Below are positions 1 through 19,184 of a stretch of 64,000 bases of DNA, in pieces. A program made the translations under genes and the position numbers. The DNA comes from the human T2T-CHM13v2.0 reference genome, Homo sapiens. Where the stretch lies: NCBI RefSeq assembly GCF_009914755.1, contig NC_060948.1, one strand, 5' to 3'. Position 1 is the first letter of the stretch, and every line of letters starts with the position of its first letter. The notes below the pieces were generated by a model. It did not search any database. It had not been told where the DNA came from and saw nothing but the letters and a program-made list of their open reading frames with translations.

Positions 1-422
1 TTTGAAAGCCTTAACTAGTAATTTGAAGAGTTGGCATTTGAAAGGCCAGTATGAATATACCTTCAAAGCAGCAACACAGGTTCCCCATGAGAAAAAGCAA
101 ACACAGGGAAAGTAAAAACACAAAGGTTCAATCTCTTCTGACCTTTGAAAGACACAGCACAGACAGTGGTCCTTAGGACGAAGAGCAGGAGACCCCTAAT
201 TCCGTCACCATGGCGATAGGGCATAAACATTGCTGGGTGAGGGCAGAATCCACATTGTGAGGTCCAACTGCTGCCAGGAAGACAGGAGTGCTTTTACATA
301 GACCGAAAGGTCATTGAAGGCTCAGAGTTTTGTTTCAAGAACTGAATCCCAAGCCCACACGTTATTAGGCTGCGCTTCTTAAAACAAGTTGTGAGATGAG
401 AAAAAGGGCACCCACAAACATA
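1..422. repeat. HSATI-like subunit of the DYZ2 unit (partial, cut by window start)
   Basis: Same sequence as 2419-2840, ending at CCCACAAACATA before the AT-rich block. Confidence 0.75.
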
Positions 423-2268
<1,846 letters not shown>

Positions 2269-2840
2269 AGATCCATATTTTTTAAATGAAAAAAAATTTC
2301 AAAGGTACTCTGCTTGGTACAATAATCAAATGTATAAACTGAGGAATAAAACATAACCATGAAACCTACTTATAACTGCATATGGAAAATACAGAGGATA
2401 ATTTTTTAAATAACATATTTTGAAAGCCTTAACTAGTAATTTGAAGAGTTGGCATTTGAAAGGCCAGTATGAATATACCTTCAAAGCAGCAACACAGGTT
2501 CCCCATGAGAAAAAGCAAACACAGGGAAAATAAAAACACAAAGGTTCAATCTCTTCTGACCTTTGAAAGACACAGCACAGACAGTGGTCCTTAGGACGAA
2601 GAGCAGGAGACCCCTAATTCCGTCACCATGGCGATAGGGCATAAACATTGCTGGGTGAGGGCACAATCCACATTGTGAGGTCCAACTGCTGCCAGGAAGA
2701 CAGGAGTGCTTTAACATAGACCGAAAGGTCATTGAAGGCTCAGAGTTTTGTTTCAAGAACTGAATCCCAAGCCCACACGTTATTAGGCTGCGCTTCTTAA
2801 AACAAGTTATGAGATGGGAAAAAGGGCACCCACAAACATA
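2269..2840. repeat. HSATI-like subunit of DYZ2 (representative full copy)
   Basis: ~572 bp non-Alu segment between the Alu 5' end and the AT block. Further copies start at 4689, 7102, 9511, 11930, 14350, 16770, 19185, 21598, 24017, 26430, 28849, 31262, 33682, 36098, 38518, 40931, 43344, 45763, 48182, 50602, 53022, 55442, 57862, 60282 and 62695. The HSATI name is inferred from known DYZ2 composition; boundaries are approximate. Confidence 0.75.
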
Positions 2841-4396
2841 CGTATACATTATGTATATAATAATATACAGTGTCATATATATAATATATATAACCTATGT
2901 ATAATATTGTTTTACATCCTGCATCTTATGTTATTTATATTGTATAAAATATAATAATTGATAATATATAAGTTTTATAATTATGCAATATGACATATGG
3001 TATATATTATAATTTATGACATATATAATATATGTTATATATCATATATAGAATATATTATACGGTTAATATACGTATTAAATATAAATTATACATTATA
3101 TATATTATATATAATATATCTGTTATATATAATACCCATTATGCATAATATATATATTATGTCTATGTTATATATAGTATAAAACAACATATAATAATAT
3201 ATAATTGTATATATAAAATGCGACATATAATATATATTATATTTTATAACATATGTAATATATATTATATATTATATATAATACGTTGTATGTATAATAC
3301 CTATATTAAATATATATTATATGACTATGTTATTAATTACATGTCACATGTGTTATATATTATATATTTTACATAGAATATACCGGTTACATACAATATA
3401 TACTATGTTACCTATAATGTATAATTTATTACATGTAAAATAAAGAATGCAATATATTATGTAAAATTTATAATATACAATATGTGGAATGTGATATATA
3501 TAACATATAATATATGATATATGATATACAGTATATGATATATAACATACAATATATGATTCCTAATATATATGGTATACAATATATATTTTATGATATG
3601 TATCCTATATGTTTTATATTCTGTTATATATAACTATTTGAAATTATATATAACTGTATAATATTTTATGTAAATATGTAATATAATATATATAACTATA
3701 TAATATATTATATATAACTATATATTATGTTATATATATTTTTATAACATAATTTACATAAAATATCATAATATAATATATATTATATTATTTCATATTA
3801 CATAATATATATTACATATCACCCAATATAACTAACATACATAATATTATAATATAGATTATATTGTGTTATATTAAATATCATATATATCTTGTATCAT
3901 ATATTCTATAATATATATTACACATTATATAATATGTATGTTGTCTATTATGTGATATATATAACTATATATATAATTATATTTTTATACATATAACTAG
4001 ATAAACATGTAATTCTACATATTTTCATTTATAATATGTAGAATTATATAATCATATATAATTATTTATATTCTATAAAAAATTTTATCATTATATAAAT
4101 TATAATATATAAAAATTATAATATGTACTACAAATATATATATTATATATCATATATGATATAGTACCTTTGTTATATATCACAATACATATAAATGTGT
4201 ATTATGTTATCTATAATTATATAATTTCATATATAAGATGTATAATATGTATCTTATATTATATAAGTTATGTAATATATATAGTATATATAAGATGACA
4301 CAGGATAAATATTATATACTATGACATATAAAATATATGAGGTTATATGTTACATATAAGGCATAGCACATAACATGTAATATATATCATATATAA

Positions 4397-4688
4397 TTTT
4401 TTTTTAGACAGAATCTTGTCCTGTTGCACATGGTGGGGTACAATGGCGCCATCTTTGCTCACTGCAACTTCTGCCTCACGGGTCCAAGCGATTGTCCTCC
4501 CTCAGCCTCCCAGGTAGCTGGGACTACACCACACTGGGACTACACCAGCTGCCACCATGCCTAGCTAATTTTTTGGATTTTTAGTAGTGACAGCGTTTCA
4601 CTGTATTGGCCAGGATGGTCTTGATCTCTTCATCTTGTGATCCCCTTGCCTTGGCCTCCAAATTTGCTGGGATTACAGGCCTGAGCCA
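4397..4688 (-). mobile_element. Alu fragment within DYZ2 unit
   Basis: Copy of 1977-2268 (T9 tail to GAGCCA). Confidence 0.95.
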
Positions 4689-6809
4689 AGATCCATATTT
4701 TTTAAATGAAAAAAAATTTCAAAGGTACTCTGCTTGGTACAATAATCAAATGTATAAACTGAGGAATAAAACATAACCATGAAACCTACTTATAACTGCA
4801 TATGGAAAATACAGAGGATAATTTTTTAAATAACATATTTTGAAAGCCTTAACTAGTAATTTGAAGAGTTGGCATTTGAAAGGCCAGTATGAATATACCT
4901 TCAAAGCAGCAACACAGGTTCCCCATGAGAAAAAGCAAACACAGGGAAAATAAAAACACAAAGGTTCAATCTCTTCTGACCTTTGAAAGACACAGCACAG
5001 ACAGTGGTCCTTAGGACGAAGAGCAGGAGACCCCTAATTCCGTCACCATGGCGATAGGGCATAAACATTGCTGGGTGAGGGCACAATCCACATTGTGAGG
5101 TCCAACTGCTGCCAGGAAGACAGGAGTGCTTTTACATAGACCGAAAGGTCATTGAAGGCTCAGAGTTTTGTTTCAAGAACTGAATCCCAAGCCCACACGT
5201 TATTAGGCTGCGCTTCTTAAAACAAGTTATGAGATGGGAAAAAGGGCACCCACAAACATACGTATACATTATGTATAAAATAATATACAGTGTCATATAT
5301 ATAATATATATAACCTAGGTATAATATTGTTTTACATCCTGCATCTTATGTTATTTATATTGTATAAAATATAATAATTGATAATATATAAGTTTTATAA
5401 TTATACAATACGACATATAGTATATATTATAATTTATGACATATAAAATATATGTTATATATCATATATAGAATATATTATACGGTTAATATACGTATTA
5501 AATATAAATTATACATTATATATATTATATATAATATATCTGTTATATATAATACCCATTATGCATAATATATATATTATGTCTATGTTATATATAGTAT
5601 AAAACAACATATAATAATATATAATTGTATATATAAAATGCGACATATAATATATATTATATTTTATAACATATGTAATATATATTATATATAATACGTT
5701 GTATGTATAATACCTATATTAAATATATATTATATGACTATGTTATTAATTACATGTCACATGTGTTATATATTATATATTTTACATAGAATATACCGGT
5801 TACATACAATATATACTATGTTACCTATAATGTATAATTTATTACATGTAAAATAAAGAATGCAATATATTATGTATAATTTATAATATACAATATGTGG
5901 AATGTGATACATATAACATATAATATATGATATATGATATACAGTACATGATATATAACATACAATATATGATTCCTAATATATATGGTATACAATATAT
6001 ATTTTATGATATGTATCCTATATGTTTTATATTCTGTTATATATAACTATTTGAAATTATATATAACTGTATAATATTTTATGTAAATATGTAATATAAT
6101 ATATATAACTATATAATATATTATATATAACTATATATTATGTTATATATACTTTTATAACATAATTTACATAAAATATCATAATATAATATATATTATA
6201 TTATTTCATATTACATAATATATATTACATATCACCCAATATAACTAACATACATAATATTATAATATAGATTATATTGTGTTATATTAAATATCATATA
6301 TATCTTGTATCATATATTCTATAATATATATTACACATTATATAATATGTATGTTGTCTATTATGTGATATATATAACTATATATATAATTATATTTTTA
6401 TACATATAACTAGATAAACATGTAATTCTACATATTTTCATTTATAATATGTAGAATTATATAATCATATATAATTATTTATATTCTATAAAAAATTTTA
6501 TCATTATATAAATTATAATATATAAAAATTATAATATGTACTACAAATATATATATTATATATCATATATGATATAGTACCTTTGTTATATATCACAATA
6601 CATATAAATGTGTATCATGTTATCTATAATTATATAATTTCATATATAAGATGTATAATATGTATCTTATATTATATAAGTTATGTAATATATATAGTAT
6701 ATATAAGATGACACAGGATAAATATTATATACTATGACATATAAAATATATGAGGTTATATGTTACATATAAGGCATAGCACATAACATGTAATATATAT
6801 CATATATAA

Positions 6810-7101
6810 TTTTTTTTTAGACAGAATCTTGTCCTGTTGCACATGGTGGGGTACAATGGCGCCATCTTTGCTCACTGCAACTTCTGCCTCACGGGTCCAA
6901 GCGATTGTCCTCCCTCAGCCTCCCAGGTAGCTGGGACTACACCACACTGGGACTACACCAGCTGCCACCATGCCTAGCTAATTTTTTGGATTTTTAGTAG
7001 TGACAGCGTTTCACTGTATTGGCCAGGATGGTCTTGATCTCTTCACCTTGTGATCCCCTTGCCTTGGCCTCCAAATTTGCTGGGATTACAGGCCTGAGCC
7101 A
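6810..7101 (-). mobile_element. Alu fragment within DYZ2 unit
   Basis: Copy of 1977-2268. Confidence 0.95.
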
Positions 7102-9218
7102 AGATCCATATTTTGTAAATGAAAAAAAATTTCAAAGGTACTCTGCTTGGTACAATAATCAAATGTATAAACTGAGGAATAAAACATAACCATGAAACCT
7201 ACTTATAACTGCATATGGAAAATACAGAGGATAATTTTTTAAATAACATATTTTGAAAGCCTTAACTAGTAATTTGAAGAGTTGGCATTTGAAAGGCCAG
7301 TATGAATATACCTTCAAAGCAGCAACACAGGTTCCCCATGAGAAAAAGCAAACACAGGGAAAATAAAAACACAAAGGTTCAATCTCTTCTGACCTTTGAA
7401 AGACACAGCACAGACAGTGGTCCTTAGGACGAAGAGCAGGAGACCCCTAATTCCGTCACCATGGCGATAGGGCATAAACATTGCTGGGTGAGGGCACAAT
7501 CCACATTGTGAGGTCCAACTGCTGCCAGGAAGACAGGAGTGCTTTTACATAGACCGAAAGGTCATTGAAGGCTCAGAGTTTTGTTTCAAGAACTGAATCC
7601 CAAGCCCACACGTTATTAGGCTGCGCTTCTTAAAACAAGTTATGAGATGGGAAAAAGGGCACCCACAAACATACGTATACATTATGTATAAAATAATATA
7701 CAGTGTCATATATATAATATATATAACCTAGGTATAATATTGTTTTACATCCTGCATCTTATGTTATTTATATTGTATAAAATATAATAATTGATAATAT
7801 ATAAGTTTTATAATTATACAATATGACATATAGTATATATTATAATTTATGACATATAAAATATATGTTATATATCATATATAGAATATATTATACGGTT
7901 AATATACGTATTAAATATAAATTATACATTATATATATTATATATAATATATCTGTTATATATAATACCCATTATGCATAATATATATATTATGTCTATG
8001 TTATATATAGTATAAAACAACATATAATAATATATAATTGTATATATAAAATGCGACATATAATATATATTATATTTTATAACATATGTAATATATATTA
8101 TATATAATACGTTGTATGTATAATACCTATATTAAATATATATTATATGACTATGTTATTAATTACATGTCACATGTGTTATATATTATATATTTTACAT
8201 AGAATATACCGGTTACATACAATATATACTATGTTACCTATAATGTATAATTTATTACATGTAAAATAAAGAATGCAATATATTATGTATAATTTATAAT
8301 ATACAATATGTGGAATGTGATACATATAACATATAATATATGATATATGATATACAGTACATGATATATAACATACAATATATGATTCCTAATATATATG
8401 GTATACAATATATATTTTATGATATGTATCCTATATGTTTTATATTCTGTTATATATAACTATTTGAAATTATATATAACTGTATAATATTTTATGTAAA
8501 TATGTAATATAATATATATAACTATATAATATATTATATATAACTATATATTATGTTATATATACTTTTATAACATAATTTACATAAAATATCATAATAT
8601 AATATATATTATATTATTTCATATTACATAATATATATTACATATCACCCAATATAACTAACATACATAATATTATAATATAGATTATATTGTGTTATAT
8701 TAAATATCATATATATCATGTATCATATATTCTATAATATATATTACACATTATATAATATGTATGTTGTCTATTATGTGATATATATAACTATATATAT
8801 AATTATATTTTTTACATATAACTAGATAAACATGTAATTCTACATATTTTCATTTATAATATGTAGAATTATATAATCATATATAATTATTTATATTGTA
8901 TAAAAAATTTTATCATTATATAAATTATAATATATAAAAATTATATGTACTACAAATATATATATTATATATCATATATGATATAGTACCTTTGTTATAT
9001 ATCATAATACATATAAATGTGTATTATGTTATCTATAATTATATAATTTCATATATAAGATGTATAATATGTATCATATATTATATATGTTATGTAATAT
9101 ATATAGTATATATAAGATGACACAGGATAAATATTATATACTATGACATATAAAATATATGAGGTTATATGTTACATATAAGGCATAGCACATATCATGT
9201 AATATATATCATATATAA

Positions 9219-9510
9219 TTTTTTTTTAGACAGAATCTTGTCCTGTTGCACAGGGTGGGGTACAATGGCGCCATCTTTGCTCACTGCAACTTCTGCCTCA
9301 CGGGTCCAAGCGATTGTCCTCCCTCAGCCTCCCAGGTAGCTGGGACTACACCACACTGGGACTACACCAGCTGCCACCATGCCTAGCTAATTTTTTGGAT
9401 TTTTAGTAGTGACAGCGTTTCACTGTATTGGCCAGGATGGTCTTGATCTCTTCACCTTGTGATCCCCTTGCCTTGGCCTCCAAATTTGCTGGGATTACAG
9501 GCCTGAGCCA
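9219..9510 (-). mobile_element. Alu fragment within DYZ2 unit
   Basis: Copy of 1977-2268. Confidence 0.95.
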
Positions 9511-11614
9511 AGATCCATATTTTTTAAATGAAAAAAAATTTCAAAGGTACTCTGCTTGGTACAATAATCAAATGTATAAACTGAGGAATAAAACATAACC
9601 ATGAAACCTACTTATAACTGCATATGGAAAATACAGAGGATAATTTTTTAAATAACATATTTTGAAAGCCTTAACTAGTAATTTGAAGAGTTGGCATTTG
9701 AAAGGCCAGTATGAATATACCTTCAAAGCAGCAACACAGGTTCCCCATGAGAAAAAGCAAACTCAGGGAAAATAAAAACACAAAGGTTCAATCTCTTCTG
9801 ACCTTTGAAAGACACAGCACAGACAGTGGTCCTTAGGACGAAGAGCAGGAGACCCCTAATTCCGTCACCATGGCGATAGGGCATAAACATTGCTGGGTGA
9901 GGGCACAATCCACATTGAGAGGTCCAACTGCTGCCAGGAAGACAGGAGTGCTTTTACATAGACCGAAAGGTCATTGAAGGCTCAGAGTTTTGTTTCAAGA
10001 ACTGAATCCCAAGCCCACACGTTATTAGGCTGCGCTTCTTAAAACAAGTTATGATATGGGAAAAAGGGCACCCACAAACATACGTATACATTATGTATAT
10101 AATAATATACAGTATCATATATATAATATATATAACCTATGTATAATATTGTTTTACATCCTGCATCTTATATTATATATATTGTATAAAATATAATAAT
10201 TCATAATACATAACGTTTATATTTATACAATATGACATATAGTATATATTATAATTTATGACATATATAATATATGTTATATATCATATATAGAATATAT
10301 TATACGGTTAATATACGTATTAAATATAAATTATACATTATATATATTATATAAAATATATCTGTTATATATAATACCCTTTATGCATAATATATATATT
10401 ATGTTATGTTATATATAGTATGAAACAACATATAATAATATATAATTGTATATATAAAATGCGACATATAATATATATTATATTTTATGACATATGTAAT
10501 ATATATTATATATTATATATAATACGTTGTATGTATAATACCTATATTAAATATATATTATATGACTATGTTATTAATTACATGTCACATATGTTATATA
10601 TTATATATTTTACATAGAATATACCGGTTACATACAATATATACTATGTTACCTATAATGTATAATTGATTACATGTAAAATAAAGAATGCAATATATTA
10701 TGTATAATTTATAATATACAATATGTGGAATGTGATATATATAACATATAATATATGATATATGATATACATTATATGATATATAACACACAATATATGA
10801 TACCTAATATATATGGTATACAATATATATTTTATGATATGTATTCTATATGTTTTATATTCTGTTATATATAACTATTTGAAATTATATATAACTGTGT
10901 AATATTTTATGTAAATATGTAATATAATATATATAACTATATAATATATTATATATAACTATATATTATGTTATATATACTTTTATAACATAATTTACAT
11001 TAAATATCATAATATAATATATATTATATTATTTCACATTACATAATATATATTACATATCACCCAATATAAGTAACATACATAATATTATAATATAGAT
11101 TATATTATGTTATATTAAATATCATATATATCATGTATGATATATTCTATAATATATATTACACATTATATAATATGTATGTTGTCTATTATGTGATATA
11201 TATAACTATATATATAATTATATTTTTATACATATAACTAGATAAACATGTAATTCTACATATTTTCATTTATAATATGTAGAATTATATAATCATATAT
11301 AATTATTTATATTGTATAAAAAATTTTATCATTATATAAATTATAATATATAAAAATTATAATATGTACTACAAATATATATATTATATATCATATATGA
11401 TATAGTACCTTTGTTATATATCATAATACATATAAATGTGTATTATGTTATCTATAATTATATAATTTCATATATAAGATGTATAATATGTATCATATAT
11501 TATATATGTTATGTAATATATATAGTATATATAAGATGACACAGGATAAATATTATATACTATGACATATAAAATATATGAGGTTATATGTTACATATAA
11601 GGCATAGCACATAA

Positions 11615-11929
<315 letters not shown>

Positions 11930-14057
11930 AGATCCATATTTTTTAAATGAAAAAAAATTTCAAAGGTACTCTGCTTGGTACAATAATCAAATGTATAAAC
12001 TGAGGAATAAAACATAACCATGAAACCTACTTATAACTGCATATGGAAAATACAGAGGATAATTTTTTAAATAACATATTTTGAAAGCCTTAACTAGTAA
12101 TTTGAAGAGTTGGCATTTGAAAGGCCAGTATGAATATACCTTCAAAGCAGCAACACAGGTTCCCCATGAGAAAAAGCAAACACAGGGAAAATAAAAACAC
12201 AAAGGTTCAATCTCTTCTGACCTTTGAAAGACACAGCACAGACAGTGGTCCTTAGGACGAAGAGCAGGAGACCCCTAATTCCGTCACCATGGCGATAGGG
12301 CATAAACATTGCTGGGTGAGGGCACAATCCACATTGTGAGGTCCAACTGCTGCCAGGAAGACAGGAGTGCTTTTACATAGACCGAAAGGTCATTGAAGGC
12401 TCAGAGTTTTGTTTCAAGAACTGAATCCCAAGCCCACACGTTATTAGGCTGCGCTTCTTAAAACAAGTTATGAGATGGGAAAAAGGGCACCCACAAACAT
12501 ACGTATACATTATGTATATAATAATATACAGTATCATATATATAATATATATAACCTATGTATAATATTGTTTTACATCCTGCATCTTATGTTATATATA
12601 TTGTATAAAATATAATAATTGATAATATATAAGTTTTATAATTATACAATATGACATATAGTATATATTATAATTTATGACATATATAATATATGTTATA
12701 TATCATATATAGAATATATTATACGATTAATATACGTATTAAATATAAATTATACATTCTATATATTATATATAATATATCTGTTATATATAATACCCAT
12801 TATGCATAATATATATATTATGTCTATGTTATATATAGTATAAAACAACATATAATAATATATAATTGTATATATAAAATGCGACACATAATATATATTA
12901 TATTTTATAACATATGTAATATATATTATATATTATATATAATACGTTGTATGTATAATACCTATATTAAATATATATTATATGACTATGTTATTAATTA
13001 CATGTCACATTTGTTATATATTATATATTTTACATAGAATATACCGGTTACATACAATTTATACTATGTTACCTATAATGTATTATTTATTACATGTAAA
13101 ATAAAGAATGCAATATATTATGTACAATTTATAATATACCATATGTGGAATGTCATATATATAACATATAATATATGATATATGATATACAGTATATGAT
13201 ATATAACATACAATATATGATTCCTAATACATATGGCATACAATATATATTTTATGATATGTATTCTATATGTTTTATATTCTGTTATATATAACTATTT
13301 GAAATTATATATAACTGTATAATATTTTATGTAAATATGTATTATAATATATATAACTATATAATATATTATATATAACTATATATTATGTTATATATAC
13401 TTTTATAACATAATTTACATAAAATATCATAACATAATATATATTATATTATTTCATATTACATAATATATATTACATATCACCCAATATAACTAACATA
13501 CATAATATTATAATATAGATTATATTATGTTATATTAAATATCATATATATCATGTATCATATATTCTATAATATATATTACACATTATATAATATGTAT
13601 GTTGTCTATTATGTGATATATATAACTATATATATAATTATATTTTTATACATATAACTAGATAAACATGTAATTCTACATATTTTCATTTATAATATGT
13701 AGAATTATATAATCATATATAATTATTTATATTCTATAAAAAATTTTATCATTATATAAATTATAATATATAAAAATTATAATATGTACTACAAATATAT
13801 ATATTATATATCATATATGCTATAGTACCTTTGTTATATATCATAATACATATAAATGTGTATTATGTTATCTATAATTATATAATTTCATATATAAGTT
13901 GTATAATATGTATCATATATTATATATGTTATGTAATATATATAGTATATATAAGATGACACAGGATAAATATTATATACTATGACATATAAAATATATG
14001 AGGTTATATGTTACATATAAGGCATAGCACATAACATGTAATATATATCATATATAA

Positions 14058-14349
14058 TTTTTTTTTAGACAGAATCTTGTCCTGTTGCACAGGGTGGGGT
14101 ACAATGGCGCCATCTTTGCTCACTGCAACTTCTGCCTCACGGGTCCAAGCGATGGTCCTCCCTCAGCCTCCCAGGTAGCTGGGACTACACCACACTGGGA
14201 CTACACCAGCTGCCACCATGCCTAGCTAATTTTTTGGATTTTTAGTAGTGACAGAGTTTCACTGTATTGGCCAGGATGGTCTTGATCTCTTCACCTTGTG
14301 ATCCCCTTGCCTTGGCCTCCAAATTTGCTGGGATTACAGGCCTGAGCCA
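14058..14349 (-). mobile_element. Alu fragment within DYZ2 unit
   Basis: Copy of 1977-2268. Confidence 0.95.
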
Positions 14350-16454
14350 AGATCCATATTTTTTAAATGAAAAAAAATTTCAAAGGTACTCTGCTTGGTA
14401 CAATAATCAAATGTATAAACTGAGGAATAAAACATAACCATGAAACCTACTTATAACTGCATATGGAAAATACAGAGGATAATTTTTTAAATAACATATT
14501 TTGAAAGCCTTAACTAGTAATTTGAAGAGTTGGCATTTGAAAGGCCAGTATGAATATACCTTCAAAGCAGCAACACAGGTTCCCCATGAGAAAAAGCAAA
14601 CACAGGGAAAATAAAAACACAAAGGTTCAATCTCTTCTGACCTTTGAAAGACACAGCACAGACAGTGGTCCTTAGGACGAAGAGCAGGAGACCCCTAATT
14701 CCGTCACCATGGCGATAGGGCATAAACATTGCTGGGTGAGGGCACAATCCACATTGTGAGGTCCAACTGCTGCCAGGAAGACAGGAGTGCTTTTACATAG
14801 ACCGAAAGGTCATTGAAGGCTCAGAGTTTTGTTTCAAGATCTGAATCCCAAGCCCACACGTTATTAGGCTGCGCTTCTTAAAACAAGTTATGAGATGGGA
14901 AAAAGGGCACCCACAAACATACGTATACATTATGTATATAATAATATAGAGTGTCATATATATAATATATATAACCTATGTATAATATTGTTTTACATCC
15001 TGCATCTTATGTTATATATATTGTATAAAATATAATAATTGATAATATATAAGTTTTATAATTATACAATATGACATATAGTATATATTATAATTTATGA
15101 CATATATAATATATGTTATATATCATATACAGAATATATTATACGGTTAATATACGTATTAAATATAAATTATACATTATATATATTATATATAATATAT
15201 CTGTTATATATAATACCCGTTATGCATAATATATATATTATGTCTATGTTATATATAGTATAAAACAACATATAATAATATATAATTGTATATATAAAAT
15301 GCGACATATAATATATATTATATTTTATAACATATGTAATATATATTATATATTATATATAATACGTTGTATGTATAATACCTATATTAAATATATATTA
15401 TATGACTATGTTATTAATTACATGTCACATGTGTTATATATTATATATTTTATATAGAATATACCGGTTACATACCATATATACCATGTTACCTATAATG
15501 TATAATTTATTACATGTAAAATAAAGAATGCAATATATTATGTATAATTTATAATATACAATATGTGGAATGTGATATATATAACATATAATATATGATA
15601 TATGATATACAGTATATGATATATAACATACAATATATGATTCCTAATATATATGGTATACAGTATATATTTTATGATATGTATTCTATATGTTTTATAT
15701 TCTGTTATATATAACTATTTGAAATTATATATAACTGTATAATATTTTATGTAAATATGTAATATAATATATATAACTATATAATATATTATATATAACT
15801 ATATATTATGTTATATATACTTTTATAACATAATTTACATAAAATATCATAATATAATATATATTATATTATTTCATATTACATAATATATATTACATAT
15901 CACCCAATATAACTAACATACATAATATTATAATATAGATTATATTATGTTATATTAAATATCATATATATCATGTATCATATATTCTATAATATATATT
16001 ACACATTATATAATATGTATGTTGTCTATTATGTGATATATATAACTATATATATAATTATATTTTTATACATATAACTAGATAAACATGTAATTCTACA
16101 TATTTTCATTTATAATATGTAGAATTATATAATCATATATAATTATTTATATTCTATAAAAAATTTTATCATTATATAAATTATAATATATAAAAATTAT
16201 AATATGTACTACAAATATATATATTATATATCATATATGCTATAGTACCTTTGTTATATATCATAATACATATAAATGTGTATTATGTTATCTATAATTA
16301 TATAATTTCATATATAAGATGTATAATATGTATCATATATTATATATGTTATGTAATATATATAGTATATATAAGATGACACAGGATAAATATTATATAC
16401 TATGACATATAAAATATATGAGGTTATATGTTACATATAAGGCATAGCACATAA

Positions 16455-16769
<315 letters not shown>

Positions 16770-18869
16770 AGATCCATATTTTTTAAATGAAAAAAAATTT
16801 CAAAGGTACTCTGCTTGGTACAATAATCAAATGTATAAACTGAGGAATAAAACATAACCATGAAACCTACTTATAACTGCATATGGAAAATACAGAGGAT
16901 AATTTTTTAAATAACATATTTTGAAAGCCTTAACTATTAATTTGAAGAGTTGGCATTTGAAAGGCCAGTATGAATATACCTTCAAAGCAGCAACACAGGT
17001 TCCCCATGAGAAAAAGCAAACTCAGGGAAAATAAAACCACAAAGGTTCAATCTCTTCTGACCTTTGAAAGACACAGCACAGACAGTGGTCCTTAGGACGA
17101 AGAGCAGGAGACCCCTAATTCCGTCACCATGGCGATAGGGCATAAACATTGCTGGGTGAGGGCACAATCCACATTGTGAGGTCCAACTGCTGCCAGGAAG
17201 ACAGGAGTGCTTTTACATAGACCAAAAGGTCATTGAAGGCTCAGAGTTTTGTTTCAAGAACTGAATCCCAAGCCCACACGTTATTAGGCTGCGCTTCTTA
17301 AACAAGATATGAGATGGGAAAAAGGGCACCTACAAACATAAGTATACATTATGTATATAATAATATACAGTATCATATATATAATATATATAACCCATGT
17401 ATAATATTGTTTTACATCCTGCATCTTATATTATATATATTGTATAAAATATAATAATTGATAATATATAAATTTTATATTTATACAATATGACATATAG
17501 TATATATTATAATTTATTACATATATAATATATGTTATATATCATATATAGAATATATTATACGGTTAATATACGTATTAAATATAAATTATACATTATA
17601 TATATTATATAAAATATATCTGCTATATATAATACCCATTGTGCATAATATATATATTATGTCTATGTTATATATAGTATAAAACAACATATAATAATAT
17701 ATAATTGTATATATAAAACGCGACATATAATATATATTATATTTTATGACATATGTAATATATATTATATATTATATATAATACGTTGTTTGTATAATAC
17801 CTATATTAAATATAAATTATATGACTATGTTATTAATTTCATGTCACATATGTTATATATTATATATTTTACATAGAATATACCGGTTACATACAATATA
17901 TACTATGTTACCTATAATGTATAATTTATTACATGTAAAATAAAGAATGCAATATATTATGTATAATTTATAATATACAATATGTGGAATGTGATATATA
18001 TAACATATAATATATGATATATGATATACAGTATATGATATATAACATACAATATATGATACCTAATATATATGGTATACAATATATATTTTATGATATG
18101 TATTCTATATGTTTTATATTCTGTTATATATAACTATTTGAAATTATATATAACTGTATAATATTTTATGTAAATATGTAATATAATATATAACTATATA
18201 ATATATTATATATAACTATATATTATGTTATATATACTTTTATAACATAATTTACCTAAAATATCATAATATAATATATATTATATTATTTCATATTACA
18301 TAATATATATTACATATCACCCAATATAAGTAACATACATAATATTATAATATAGATTATATTATGTTATATTAAATATCATATATATCATGTATCATAT
18401 ATTCTATAATATATATGATACATTATATAATATGTATGTTGTCTATTATGTGATATATATAACTATATATAATTATATTATTATACATATTACTAGATAA
18501 ACATGTAATTCTACATATTTTCATTTATAATATATAGAATTATATAATCATATATAATTATTTATATTCTATAAAAAATTTTATCTTTATATAAATTATA
18601 ATATATAAAAATTATAATATGTACTTCAAATATATATATTATATATCATATATGCTATAGTACCTTTGTTATATATCATAATACATATAAATGTGTATTA
18701 TGTTATCTATAATTATATAATTTCATATATAAGTTGTATAATATGTATCATATATTATATATGTTATGTAATATATATAGTATATATAAGATGACACAGG
18801 ATAAATATTATATACTATGACATATAAAATATATGAGGTTATATGTTACATATAAGGCATAGCACATAA

Positions 18870-19184
<315 letters not shown>

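Noticed and set aside
2345-2535. AATAAA polyadenylation signals and TATA-like words
   Set aside because: Expected by chance in AT-rich sequence, with no associated exon or promoter structure.
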